Below, in pieces: positions 39,719 to 49,759 of a stretch of DNA of 64,000 nt. The DNA is from an uncultured Rikenellaceae bacterium. GTDB lineage: Bacteria > Bacteroidota > Bacteroidia > Bacteroidales > VadinHA17. Location: positions 10,142 to 74,141 of the forward strand of contig CAZQVL010000005.1 of assembly GCA_964596715.1 (NCBI GenBank), written 5' to 3'. Each line of letters starts with the position of its first letter. Positions within the stretch are counted from its first letter, which is position 1. Position numbers and translations under genes: made by a program. Below the pieces are notes generated by a model. That model was not told the DNA's origin. It ran no database searches and saw nothing but the letters and a program-made list of their open reading frames with translations.

Positions 39719-40216
39719 CTATATAAAAATCATGGATTCCTTAATGATCTTCCCGCTTTCATCAGTTCCGTAAATCTTCAGTCCAACGCTAACGGTAGCA
39801 TTACTGATAACGTCAATTACAGGACTCAGATCGTCCTTGATATCATCAATATCTTCGAAATCTTCAATCGGGAAATAGATATGCAGAAATAGAACATATT
39901 CATGATTTTGTATTCCGGCAAGGGCTTTAACTATTTTTGCAAGCCATATCGATGATGCAGTGTTAAAGTACTCAAGATTTAATCTTAGATTTGTTGTATG
40001 TCGTGGATTCTTGACATACTCGGTTACCCACTCATAGACAGGTTCAAAAATCTTTATTGCATTTACGGGTATAGACTTACCCGACAGTATAAGTTCTCCT
40101 GTCAGATGATTAAAATCAATCAACGGAGTTTTTTCCGTTGGTTCAACAAAAATATTTGTCAGTGCTGTTATACTTGACTCCTTCATTTTTTTCCTGCTCC
40201 TGAATTTTATTACCAT
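39719..40216 (-). CDS. DUF1987 (SiaC-like) domain protein
   Basis: TPLIDFNHLTGELILSGKSIPVNAIKIFEPVYEWV resembles the DUF1987/SiaC family. The true start may be Met11 at 40186. Confidence 0.6.
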   Translation of the reverse strand: MVIKFRSRKKMKESSITALTNIFVEPTEKTPLIDFNHLTGELILSGKSIPVNAIKIFEPVYEWVTEYVKNPRHTTNLRLNLEYFNTASSIWLAKIVKALAGIQNHEYVLFLHIYFPIEDFEDIDDIKDDLSPVIDVISNATVSVGLKIYGTDESGKIIKESMIFI

Positions 40217-40393
40217 AAATCAAAAATATAATTTCTTTTCAACTTAAGCTTAACCCTTCATCAAAAAGAATTGAACAGTAGTCAAATAATTCGGTCTGTT
40301 CATATAAATACTCTGTTCCAATTATGATTAACAAAATCCTGCAGATCATGTATTCATTGACTTATACATTATACGGCAATATTTTTAAAATGT

Positions 40394-40401
40394 TATATTT
40401 G
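40394..40401 (+). promoter_or_regulatory. candidate -7 element TATATTTG for argS
   Basis: Matches TAnnTTTG 24 nt upstream of the ATG at 40425. Confidence 0.45.
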
Positions 40402-40424
40402 CAGGCGTAAATTTGCTGACAATT

Positions 40425-42212
40425 ATGGAGATTGTTATTAAGGATAAAATTAAAGAGGCTGTTAGATTCCTTTATGATAACAATGTAGCAGATGATCTTA
40501 TACAAATTCAGGAGACAAGAAAAGACTTCAAAGGTGACTTTACACTCGTGGTTTTTCCTTTGCTACGTTTTTCTAAAAACACACCGGAGCGAACCGGCAA
40601 AGAAATTGGTGACTATCTGAAGAGTAATTTTCCTGCTATTTCAGATTACAATGTTATTAAAGGATTCCTTAACCTTGAAATCTCCGACATCTGGTGGATA
40701 GACTATTTCAGCAATACAATAACAGAGAAAGACCTGTTCAGGGACTGCAGGGTGCAAGAAACTGAAATAATCCTTGTTGAGTATTCATCACCCAACACTA
40801 ACAAACCATTGCATCTGGGTCATATCCGTAACAATCTGCTCGGATATTCACTTTTCCGTATCCTTTCAGCATGCGGACATAAAGTCATTAAAACCAATAT
40901 AGTAAACGACAGGGGAATACATATCTGTAAATCAATGCTTGCGTGGCAGAAGTATGGCAATGGAGAGACTCCTCAGTCATCAGGAATTAAAGGAGACCAT
41001 CTTGTCGGAAAATATTATGTGATATTTGAAAAGGAGTATAAAGCACAGATTGAACAATTAATGCTTAAGGGAATATCAGAATCTGAAGCCAGAAACTACG
41101 CTCCATTGATGCATCAGGCAAGAGAGATGTTAATTAAGTGGGAATCAGGCGAAAAAGAGGTTGTTGATCTCTGGCAGATGATGAATTCATGGGTTTATGC
41201 CGGATTTGATGAAACATATGAAATGCTTGGAGTAGATTTTGATAAAATTTATTATGAATCAGATACTTACAGAACAGGTAAGGAAATTGTTCTTTCAGCA
41301 CTTGACAATGATATCCTTTACAGGCATAGCGACAACTCAGTATGGGTAGATTTGACTTCCGAGGGACTTGATCAGAAGCTACTCCTTCGTTCTGATGGAA
41401 CAGCTGTTTATATCACACAGGATCTTGGTACTGCTGTAGCACGTTTTAATGATTATGGATTCGATAAGACCATTTATGTAGTTGGAAATGAACAGAATTA
41501 CCATTTTCAGGTGCTAAGGGCAATTATGCATAAATTAGGATACAAATGGTCAGAGGGATTAATTCATTTTTCATATGGAATGGTTGAATTACCCGAAGGC
41601 AGAATGAAATCGCGTGAAGGTACCACTGTCGATGCTGACGACCTGATAAAAGAGATGAAAGAAACGGCTAAAGAAGTATCCCTGCAACTGGGTAAATTAT
41701 CGGATTATTCCCGGGAAGAGAAGGAAGATATCTTTAGAAAAATAGGGCTTGGTGCCCTGAAGTATTTTATCCTTAAAGTTGATCCAAGGAAAAACATGAC
41801 ATTTAACCCGGTAGAATCAATTGATTTCAATGGAAACACAGGCCCGTTTATTCAATACACATATGCAAGGATAAAATCGGTTTTCCGCAAGGCCGAACAA
41901 ATGGGCATTATTCCTGATACAGCAATTATAACCATGGCAAAGCCGGGGAAAAAAGAGATAGAACTGATTAAACTTCTGAGGAGATTTGCTGATACAGTAA
42001 AAGAAGCAGCATCAGTTTACAACCCGGCTGTGATCGCGAATTATTGCTACGATGTTTCAAAGGAATATAACCAGTTTTACCACGATTTTTCAATCCTGGG
42101 AGAAGAGGATAAAGCATTAAGAAATTTCAGATTGATCTTGTCCGGGATCATAAGTGAGGTTATTTATTCAGGAATGTGGCTTCTGGGTATTGAGATGCCG
42201 GAAAGAATGTAG
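40425..42212 (+). CDS. argS: arginine--tRNA ligase
   Basis: Class I HIGH motif SPNTNKPLHLGHIRN and MSTREG-like MKSREG. ATG at 40425 is preferred over TTG at 40413. Confidence 0.95.
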   Translation: MEIVIKDKIKEAVRFLYDNNVADDLIQIQETRKDFKGDFTLVVFPLLRFSKNTPERTGKEIGDYLKSNFPAISDYNVIKGFLNLEISDIWWIDYFSNTITEKDLFRDCRVQETEIILVEYSSPNTNKPLHLGHIRNNLLGYSLFRILSACGHKVIKTNIVNDRGIHICKSMLAWQKYGNGETPQSSGIKGDHLVGKYYVIFEKEYKAQIEQLMLKGISESEARNYAPLMHQAREMLIKWESGEKEVVDLWQMMNSWVYAGFDETYEMLGVDFDKIYYESDTYRTGKEIVLSALDNDILYRHSDNSVWVDLTSEGLDQKLLLRSDGTAVYITQDLGTAVARFNDYGFDKTIYVVGNEQNYHFQVLRAIMHKLGYKWSEGLIHFSYGMVELPEGRMKSREGTTVDADDLIKEMKETAKEVSLQLGKLSDYSREEKEDIFRKIGLGALKYFILKVDPRKNMTFNPVESIDFNGNTGPFIQYTYARIKSVFRKAEQMGIIPDTAIITMAKPGKKEIELIKLLRRFADTVKEAASVYNPAVIANYCYDVSKEYNQFYHDFSILGEEDKALRNFRLILSGIISEVIYSGMWLLGIEMPERM

Positions 42213-42246
42213 TATTTTGTAACAACTAAATAATATTTGTTCCCCT

Positions 42247-43566
42247 ATGTTTGAAAATTTAAGTGAACGTCTGGAGAAATCCTTTAAAATCCTGAAAGGT
42301 CAGGGCAGAATATCCGAAATAAATGTTGCTGAAACGCTGAAGGAGGTTCGGAGAGCATTACTGGATGCGGACGTTAACTTTAAAATTGCCAAGCAGTTTA
42401 CCGATTCTATTAAGGCAAAAGCATTAGGTCAGGATGTGCTTAAGTCGATCAATCCGTCGCAGATGATGATCAAGATAGTCCACGATGAGCTGGTCGAACT
42501 GATGGGTGGTGAAAAAACTGATATTAACATTAAGATCAATCCTGCCATAATATTAATCGCAGGTCTCCAGGGTTCAGGTAAAACAACTTTCAGCGGAAAA
42601 CTGGCAAAATGGGTAAAGAGTAAAAGAGGTAGAAATCCTATTCTTGTAGCTGGCGATGTTTACCGTCCAGCTGCTATTGAGCAGCTTAAGATTATCGGAA
42701 CACAGATTGAAGTACCTGTTTATTCGGAAGATGAAAACATGAATCCGGTTCAGATTTCCAGGAATTCAGTGAAAGAGGCAAAAGCCAAAGGATATGATGT
42801 TGTAATTATAGATACTGCAGGACGTCTAGCCATTGATGAAGAGATGATGAAAGAGATATCTTCTGTGAAGGAAGCGGTAAATCCCCATGAAGTACTCTTC
42901 ATTGTCGATTCAATGACCGGGCAGGATGCTGTGAACACTGCAAAGGAATTTAATGAACGCCTGAATTTTGACGGAGTTGTTCTGACAAAACTTGACGGGG
43001 ACACACGCGGTGGTGCTGCCCTCTCAATTAAATCAGTTGTGAACAAACCTATAAAGTTTGTAAGCTCAGGCGAGAAAATGGATGCAATAGATATCTTTTA
43101 TCCCGGGCGTATGGCGGATAGAATCCTCGGGATGGGAGATATCGTTTCCCTGGTCGAAAAAGCACAGGAACAGTATGACACCGAAGAAGCAAGAAAACTG
43201 CAGAAAAAAATTGCAAAAAACCAGTTTGATTTTAACGATTTCATAACTCAAATTCAACAAATCAAGAAAATGGGTAATGTAAAAGATCTTATGTCAATGA
43301 TCCCGGGTGTGGGAAAAACAATAAAAGATCTTGATATTGACGATGATGCATTTAAAAGTATTGAAGCAATCATAAAAAGCATGACACCTGAAGAGAGAGT
43401 CAATCCTGTAGTCCTTAATGGGAGCCGTCGAAAAAGAATTGCCATGGGTAGCGGTACCACAGTTCAGGAAGTAAACAAACTTCTTAAACAATTCGATGAA
43501 ACCCGTAAAATGATGAAAATGGCGACAAAAGGTGGTAATATTCCCGGAATGGCGGGTAGAAAATAA
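42247..43566 (+). CDS. ffh: signal recognition particle protein Ffh
   Basis: [20 protein letters not shown], and a Met-rich M domain. Confidence 0.96.
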   Translation: MFENLSERLEKSFKILKGQGRISEINVAETLKEVRRALLDADVNFKIAKQFTDSIKAKALGQDVLKSINPSQMMIKIVHDELVELMGGEKTDINIKINPAIILIAGLQGSGKTTFSGKLAKWVKSKRGRNPILVAGDVYRPAAIEQLKIIGTQIEVPVYSEDENMNPVQISRNSVKEAKAKGYDVVIIDTAGRLAIDEEMMKEISSVKEAVNPHEVLFIVDSMTGQDAVNTAKEFNERLNFDGVVLTKLDGDTRGGAALSIKSVVNKPIKFVSSGEKMDAIDIFYPGRMADRILGMGDIVSLVEKAQEQYDTEEARKLQKKIAKNQFDFNDFITQIQQIKKMGNVKDLMSMIPGVGKTIKDLDIDDDAFKSIEAIIKSMTPEERVNPVVLNGSRRKRIAMGSGTTVQEVNKLLKQFDETRKMMKMATKGGNIPGMAGRK

Positions 43567-43574
43567 ATATTGGT

Positions 43575-44450
43575 ATGTACAGTATTATAGACGGGAAAAA
43601 AATTGCAGCACAGATAAAACATGAAATAGCTGCAGAAGTCTTAAAAATTCAGAATGAAGGGAAAAATCCCCCTCATCTGGCTGCAATTCTTGTGGGAAAT
43701 GATGGTTCGAGCGAAACATATGTTGCAAATAAAGCAAAGGATTGCGAAGAGGTGGGATTCAATTTCACACTTATACGACTGGCAAAAGATATATCTGAAG
43801 CAGATCTGTTGAAGAATATTTCTGAACTGAATAATAATAATGATATTGACGGCTTTATAGTCCAACTCCCCTTACCTGATCATATATCTGAGAACAATGT
43901 TATTGAGGCCATTGATCCTTCGAAAGATGCTGACGGATTCCATCCTGTAAATATGGGGCGAATGGTTGTTGGTCTTCCAGGGTATCTGCCTGCAACTCCC
44001 TATGGTATAGTTGAGCTGGTTAAAAGATACCAGATTCAAACATCAGGTAAAATGTGTGTTGTTCTGGGTCGGAGCAACATTGTCGGAAGGCCTGTCAGTA
44101 TCCTTCTTTCCCAGAAAGGTATGGATGCCACTGTTCTTGTGGCTCACAGCCGAACACAAAACCTTCAGGATTTTACATTAAGGGCAGATATTATTATTGC
44201 TGCACTGGGATCACCGTCCTTTGTAAAAGCCGAAATGATTAAAACGGGAGCTGTGGTAATAGATGTTGGAACAACCCGTGTATCTTCCCCTGAGTCAAAG
44301 TCAGGATGGAAACTTGTTGGTGATGTTGATTTTGTAAATGTTGCTCCAAAGTGCTCCTATATTACACCAGTTCCCGGTGGAGTAGGTCCGATGACAAGAG
44401 TCTCGCTGTTGCGTAACACACTTATGGCCGCTAAGAAGAGACACTATTAA
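43575..44450 (+). CDS. folD: bifunctional methylenetetrahydrofolate dehydrogenase/cyclohydrolase
   Basis: [25 protein letters not shown]. Confidence 0.95.
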   Translation: MYSIIDGKKIAAQIKHEIAAEVLKIQNEGKNPPHLAAILVGNDGSSETYVANKAKDCEEVGFNFTLIRLAKDISEADLLKNISELNNNNDIDGFIVQLPLPDHISENNVIEAIDPSKDADGFHPVNMGRMVVGLPGYLPATPYGIVELVKRYQIQTSGKMCVVLGRSNIVGRPVSILLSQKGMDATVLVAHSRTQNLQDFTLRADIIIAALGSPSFVKAEMIKTGAVVIDVGTTRVSSPESKSGWKLVGDVDFVNVAPKCSYITPVPGGVGPMTRVSLLRNTLMAAKKRHY

Positions 44451-44462
44451 TATAATTATTTA

Positions 44463-45464
44463 TCAATCAGGAAATTCAACTCCTGTGAAATAGAGATCAT
44501 AACCACCTTTGCCTCCGGGCCGGTTGGACGAGTATATCATGAAATTATTGGTGAAATCTTGATGTGATCCGATTACCGGCCTGTATTCATCTGAAGTTGT
44601 GTTAATATCCGGACCAAAATTAACCGGAGAACTCCATTTCCCATTGCGAAAAGGTGAATAGTACAAATCATAACCACCTATTCCTCCGGGGCGGTCAGAT
44701 GCAAATACCATTACATTTCTCCAGATAAAAGGACATTTATCGTTGTCTGTGCTGTTTATGCTGTCGACCTTTACCGAAGAAGCATACTCAAGGTTCAGCC
44801 ATGTATCAATGTTTGTTTCTGATGGCCTTGAATGCAGGAAAACTTCAAAATTACCATCTCGGTTTGATGAAAAATAGACTGTATCCTTATTTGTGTCAAA
44901 ACAGATGTATGCATCATCAGAAGAGGTATTGAGCAGACTGGCAGGGAAAGGCCCGTCAATTGAAGGTATGGATGTGCCAAAGGCTGGAAGGTGTTTGAGG
45001 TAATAAAAATCAAGATCCCCCTCCCCACTTACAGACGACAGAAGTAAATATTCAAATCCGTCGAGGGAACTGAAAAATCGGTAGGGTCCAAAGTCATTTC
45101 CGGTTGTAATTGCCTGTAAGAAGAGGTTAGCCAGAAACGAATCATCTGTAACTTCAGCTCCAAGACCGAAATTCCCGTTTGTCTGGTCAAATACAACTGA
45201 AATAATTCCCTGTTCAAGATCAAACTGCCCCCCTGAACTTCCCCTGTTACTGGAAAAAACGATCTGGATATCACCATATAACTCAAATAGAGCTGCATTG
45301 TAATCATCATATGCTGAGTTAATATCTGAAAGATTGATTACTGTATCAGGAAAGGTTCCCAGAGGGTATTTGATGGGATTTTCAGTCTTTTTACAGTCAG
45401 ATAAACAGACCAGCATAAACAAGACAATAGAAAATATCGAGATGTTAACTGGTATTCTTTTCAT
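44463..45464 (-). CDS. lipoprotein with PD40/TolB-like beta-propeller repeats
   Basis: Signal peptide. Repeated SSNRxGG...DLY motifs (SSNRGSSGG, SSNRDGNFEVF, ASDRPGGIGGYDLYYS, SSNRPGGKGGYDLYF). Confidence 0.65.
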   Translation of the reverse strand: MKRIPVNISIFSIVLFMLVCLSDCKKTENPIKYPLGTFPDTVINLSDINSAYDDYNAALFELYGDIQIVFSSNRGSSGGQFDLEQGIISVVFDQTNGNFGLGAEVTDDSFLANLFLQAITTGNDFGPYRFFSSLDGFEYLLLSSVSGEGDLDFYYLKHLPAFGTSIPSIDGPFPASLLNTSSDDAYICFDTNKDTVYFSSNRDGNFEVFLHSRPSETNIDTWLNLEYASSVKVDSINSTDNDKCPFIWRNVMVFASDRPGGIGGYDLYYSPFRNGKWSSPVNFGPDINTTSDEYRPVIGSHQDFTNNFMIYSSNRPGGKGGYDLYFTGVEFPD

Positions 45465-45492
45465 ATCCCGGATTTATTGGAAAAATATTGTC

Positions 45493-45500
45493 ACAAATAT
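45493..45500 (-). promoter_or_regulatory. candidate -7 element (TATATTTG on minus strand) for the PD40 lipoprotein gene
   Basis: Plus strand reads CAAATATA, 29-36 nt upstream of the ATG at 45464. Confidence 0.4.
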
Positions 45501-45510
45501 ATTAATATTA

Positions 45511-45536
45511 AATGAAAAACCGGGTCAAAGCCCGGT
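45511..45536 (-). terminator. orphan intrinsic-terminator-like hairpin on the minus strand
   Basis: 7-bp stem AACCGGG/CCCGGTT (45517-45523 / 45530-45536) with a 6-nt loop. On the minus strand it is followed by TTTTTCATTT. No annotated minus-strand gene lies upstream of it. Confidence 0.45.
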
Positions 45537-45792
45537 TCTTCGAAGGTAGAATTTAGGTTAATTCTAGGGTAAATTGGGTATAGGGGTTAATAAAACCAAT
45601 TTATAATTCATAGATGAAAATTCATGTCATTTGGTTGCGTACTGGTTATAAAAAATTATAAAACCATCACCTGTTACATGTATTCTATTGTAATTTAAAT
45701 GTATAAAAAAATACCAAAATGTTAATAATTGAATATGAGATTAAACAGCTTATTAAAAATGTTATTATTTTTGTATTCATTACTTGGCAAAC

Positions 45793-47205
45793 ATGGAAGA
45801 CGAAAAGTTTGGATTTTCCTTTGAAGAAGAAGTAAAGAATGCTGTCCGGAAGTTTGAAAGGATGAGGAAGAATAATGAAAGTTATTTCTTCGATGTTATT
45901 GAATTTGAATCAATTATTGATTACTATATAGAAAGTAACAATTCTGCAAAAGCTTTTGAGGCGGCAACACTTGCTTCCGAACAACATCCAAATTCCGTGT
46001 CAATTCAACTGAGAAAAGCCAGGGTATTGCTTGATAGAGGCCGTGCCGTGGAAACTCTGAGGATTCTCAGGAAACTTGAAAATATAGAGCCAGGCAATCA
46101 TGAGATTTATATAGCAAAAGGAACAGCACTGGGGATGCTTGGAGACATTCAGGGTGCAAAAAAGATGTTTGACTATTCTCTGACTCTCGATTCTGACGAC
46201 ATTGAAAACATCCTTTTTGCAATTACATCAGTCCTGCAGAACCTTAATTACTATGAACATTTAATACCTTATCTGCTTAAACTTATTGAACTGGAACCCG
46301 AGTTTTTCGCGCATCTTTACGATCTGGCATATGCATACGAAAAGACAGAAGATTTTGAAAACAGTATACACTATTATCTGAAGTACCTTGAAGAAGAGCC
46401 TTTTTCCGACAGTGCATGGTATAATATGGGGATTATCTTCAACAAACTGGAAAAGTCTGAAAAAGCTCTTGAAGCATATGATTATGCGCTGGCAATTAAT
46501 CCTCATAATGCCTTTGCACTCTTTAATAAAGGTAATATACTGAGTAACCTTGAAAGGTATCCGGAAGCGATTACGGTTTATCATGAATATCTCGAAAATG
46601 AGCCTGATAGCTTCGAGGCAATGACTTATCTTGCAGAATGTTATGAAAAGACGAACGAAATAAGTCTTGCAAAAAAATATTATCAGGATGCAATTGAACT
46701 CGCTCCTGAATTTGCAGAGCCATGGTTTGGCCTGGGAATTATAGCTCTGAGTACAGGAGATTCAGATGATAGTCTTATTTTTTTAAGAAAAGCCGTGAGA
46801 CTTGATGATGAAAATCCTGAAATATGGTTCATTCTTGGTAAAGCACACCATATTAAAGGAGAAAAAAAGGCAGCATTGAGGTGTTACAGGGAAGCACTTA
46901 AACTTGATCCTTATTATAATGAAGTATGGTTAGATCTCGGAAAAATTGTACTCATGGAAGGTTTTGCACGAAAAGCACTTCCCTATCTTGAACAGGCTTA
47001 TAAGATTGTTGGTGATGTACCCGGCATAAACTATCTTCTTGCTTCATTTCATATTCATACAGGAAGCACAGATAAAGCATACAAACATTTGACAATGGCT
47101 ATTGAAATGGATAAAGATCTTTTCGCTGACTTTAACGATCTTTTCCCGTATACTATGTTCAACCGGAGAATCAGAAAACTACTTGAGAGCAATAACCTGA
47201 TCTGA
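45793..47205 (+). CDS. tetratricopeptide-repeat protein
   Basis: Successive 34-aa TPR-like units (e.g. AWYNMGIIFNKLEKSEKALEAYDYALAINPHN). ATG at 45793 is preferred over TTG at 45784. Confidence 0.75.
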   Translation: MEDEKFGFSFEEEVKNAVRKFERMRKNNESYFFDVIEFESIIDYYIESNNSAKAFEAATLASEQHPNSVSIQLRKARVLLDRGRAVETLRILRKLENIEPGNHEIYIAKGTALGMLGDIQGAKKMFDYSLTLDSDDIENILFAITSVLQNLNYYEHLIPYLLKLIELEPEFFAHLYDLAYAYEKTEDFENSIHYYLKYLEEEPFSDSAWYNMGIIFNKLEKSEKALEAYDYALAINPHNAFALFNKGNILSNLERYPEAITVYHEYLENEPDSFEAMTYLAECYEKTNEISLAKKYYQDAIELAPEFAEPWFGLGIIALSTGDSDDSLIFLRKAVRLDDENPEIWFILGKAHHIKGEKKAALRCYREALKLDPYYNEVWLDLGKIVLMEGFARKALPYLEQAYKIVGDVPGINYLLASFHIHTGSTDKAYKHLTMAIEMDKDLFADFNDLFPYTMFNRRIRKLLESNNLI

Positions 47206-47231
47206 GTTCTGATTCATTCTTTAAGTATAAT

Positions 47232-48008
47232 ATGAAAATGATACTCCCTTTTATTCCCGACAGACCTGATAAACCCCGGGTTTCAGGTATTACAATGGTT
47301 ATGGACAAAGGTTTGAGCATCAGAGAGGCTGAAGACTTTATGTCAGTTGGGAGCCTATATACTGACTACGTAAAACTGGGATTCGGAACATCTCTCCTGA
47401 CACCTGATCTTGATAAGAAAGTAAAGATATACAAGGTAAATGATACTGTCCCCTATTTTGGAGGCACATTATTTGAAGCATTTGTAATAAGAAATATGTT
47501 CACTGAATTTCTCGGATTTCTTGATAAATATGAAATTAACCTTGTTGAAGTATCTGATGGTTCCTACGACCTGGAACACAATAAAAAACTTGAATACATA
47601 AGTCGTCTTGCTGAAAGAGGTACTGTGATATCCGAAGTAGGATCCAAGAAAAAGGATGTTATCTATACTCCGGATGAGTGGGTTGCCATGATGAAAGCTG
47701 AACTGGAAGCCGGTTCTGTAAAAGTTATTGCAGAGGCACGTGAGTCGGGCACCATCGGGATTTATAATGATGACGGCTCTGTCAATACCCATCTTATTAA
47801 TACAATCTCTGAAAATGTAGGATTTGACAATGTTATATGGGAAGCACCGCTAAAATCCCAGCAAGTTTGGTTTATCAGGAATTTCGGAGCCAATGTCAAT
47901 CTTGGAAATATTGCTCCGAATGAAATCATACCCCTGGAATCCCTTCGTTGTGGTCTCCGTGGCGATACATTCTTTACTTTCCTGCCTGATGATCTGAAAC
48001 AACCATAA
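47232..48008 (+). CDS. phosphosulfolactate synthase (ComA family) homolog
   Basis: DRPDKPRVSGITMVMDKGL ... DYVKLGFGTS ... VEVSDGS resembles the (2R)-phospho-3-sulfolactate synthase family. Confidence 0.75.
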   Translation: MKMILPFIPDRPDKPRVSGITMVMDKGLSIREAEDFMSVGSLYTDYVKLGFGTSLLTPDLDKKVKIYKVNDTVPYFGGTLFEAFVIRNMFTEFLGFLDKYEINLVEVSDGSYDLEHNKKLEYISRLAERGTVISEVGSKKKDVIYTPDEWVAMMKAELEAGSVKVIAEARESGTIGIYNDDGSVNTHLINTISENVGFDNVIWEAPLKSQQVWFIRNFGANVNLGNIAPNEIIPLESLRCGLRGDTFFTFLPDDLKQP

Positions 48009-48056
48009 CCCTCATTACCGGATCAAGGCAGCTACAGTCATCTATAAATCTGTGCA

Positions 48057-48806
48057 ATGAGAAAATTTGGCCTAATTGGCAATCCTCTCGGGCATTCTTT
48101 TTCAAAGAAATATTTTACCGAAAAATTTAAAAATGAGCATATTAAAGATTGCTCATATGAAAATTATCCCTTAATCAATCTTAACCGGTTTCAGGAACTA
48201 ATTACTTCCAATCCTGATCTGAGCGGACTTAATGTGACAATTCCGTATAAAACGGAAATAATGAAATATATTGACGTGGTTGATCCTGAAGCCTCAGAAA
48301 TAGGAGCAGTTAATGTACTTAAAATAAGGAGACTGCCGGACATGGTTGAAATTAAAGGTTATAATACTGATATTGTGGGAATACGAGAAACATTGCTTCC
48401 GAATTTAACAGGTGTAAGGAATACCTTGATTCTTGGTACAGGAGGAAGCTCGATGGCTGTATGCTATGTCATTAAAAAACTGGGACTTGATTACAAACTG
48501 GTGTCCAGGAAAAAGAAAAATGATGTACTTGAATATCAGGAGGTTACTGCAGAAGTACTAAAAGCTGTTGAGCTAATTGTCAATACAACCCCGCTGGGAA
48601 TGTATCCCGATATTGAAAGTAAGCCTGAGCTGAACTATGATCTTCTTAACGAGAAGCATATTCTGTTTGATCTTGTGTATAATCCGGAGATCACTTCATT
48701 TTTGAAAATGGGGCAGGAGAGAGGTTGCAAAATAATCAGCGGGCTGAAAATGCTTCACATACAGGCAGAGAAGTCGTGGGAGATATGGAATGATGATAAT
48801 CTTTAA
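48057..48806 (+). CDS. aroE: shikimate dehydrogenase
   Basis: GLIGNPLGHSFS, NVTIPYK, GTGGSS, and NTTPLGM are AroE motifs. Confidence 0.88.
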   Translation: MRKFGLIGNPLGHSFSKKYFTEKFKNEHIKDCSYENYPLINLNRFQELITSNPDLSGLNVTIPYKTEIMKYIDVVDPEASEIGAVNVLKIRRLPDMVEIKGYNTDIVGIRETLLPNLTGVRNTLILGTGGSSMAVCYVIKKLGLDYKLVSRKKKNDVLEYQEVTAEVLKAVELIVNTTPLGMYPDIESKPELNYDLLNEKHILFDLVYNPEITSFLKMGQERGCKIISGLKMLHIQAEKSWEIWNDDNL

Positions 48807-49591
48807 ACAAATATCTCTTCCGGGTATTCTAAACCGGTTAAAAAAAGTCCCTTGGCAGGCGCAGATTTTCCGGCTCTTGACCGATCTTTTGCCAGGATTA
48901 TAGAAACGAAATCATTCAGATCTTTTTTCCCCAGCCCTATCTCAACCATAGTACCGACAATTGCTCTTACCATATTTCTGAGAAACCTGTCGGCTTTTAT
49001 TGTGAAAACCATCATGGTTCCTTCCTCTTCCCAGCTGGCGTGATATATTTTGCAGGTATTTGTTTTTACATTCGAGTGCATTTTACAGAAACTTGTAAAA
49101 TCGGTATATTCCGAAAGCAAATTGCACGCATTTTTCATCGATTCAATATCAATGTGACCGCCAATCAGCCAGCTCGAATCATCCCTGAACGGATCTTTTG
49201 TTCGGGTAATATAATACTTGTACGTTCTGGATATTGCGCTGTACCTGGCATGTGCACCGGTTACTACCTGTCTGACAGCTGTAACAGAAATATCTTCAGG
49301 AAGAAATCGGTTAAGCCTGTGCTCAAGATTTTTTCTGACTGCGAGATCAGTAGAAACAGTGTCAAAATGAGCACAGAAAATCCTGGCATGTACTCCGGTA
49401 TCGGTTCTTCCTGCACCTGTAGTCACTATTTTTTCGCCAAGAATCAGACTTAATGCATCATCCAGGATTTTCTGGACCGTTACTGAGTTTCGCTGTACCT
49501 GCCATCCGTGATAGCAAGTTCCTTTGTATGAGATAAATATGAAATATCTGGTTTTCACACTTCGGTTTGTACAAATATAAATAATCATCAA
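48803..49591 (-). CDS. truA: tRNA pseudouridine(38-40) synthase
   Basis: YKGTCYHGWQVQ and the catalytic GAGRTDTGVHA. Confidence 0.92.
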   Translation of the reverse strand: MMIIYICTNRSVKTRYFIFISYKGTCYHGWQVQRNSVTVQKILDDALSLILGEKIVTTGAGRTDTGVHARIFCAHFDTVSTDLAVRKNLEHRLNRFLPEDISVTAVRQVVTGAHARYSAISRTYKYYITRTKDPFRDDSSWLIGGHIDIESMKNACNLLSEYTDFTSFCKMHSNVKTNTCKIYHASWEEEGTMMVFTIKADRFLRNMVRAIVGTMVEIGLGKKDLNDFVSIILAKDRSRAGKSAPAKGLFLTGLEYPEEIFV

Positions 49592-49759
49592 TTTATTAAA
49601 GAATTCATCCGGTCATTAAAAAATTATTATTCAATATTTTGAAAATCGATCTTAATAAGTATTTTTACTTTCTTCTATGTAAAATATTTTTCTAATCATC
49701 TATTGCAACCTACTTTATTTAATAATGCTCCAAGATCGAAAATCTAAAATCCTTTAACT

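Noticed and set aside
45685-45780. 31-aa hydrophobic minus-strand mini-ORF in the AT-rich spacer
   Set aside because: It is too short and lies in very AT-rich DNA where such ORFs arise by chance. It is not listed as a feature and is only mentioned in the orphan-terminator finding.
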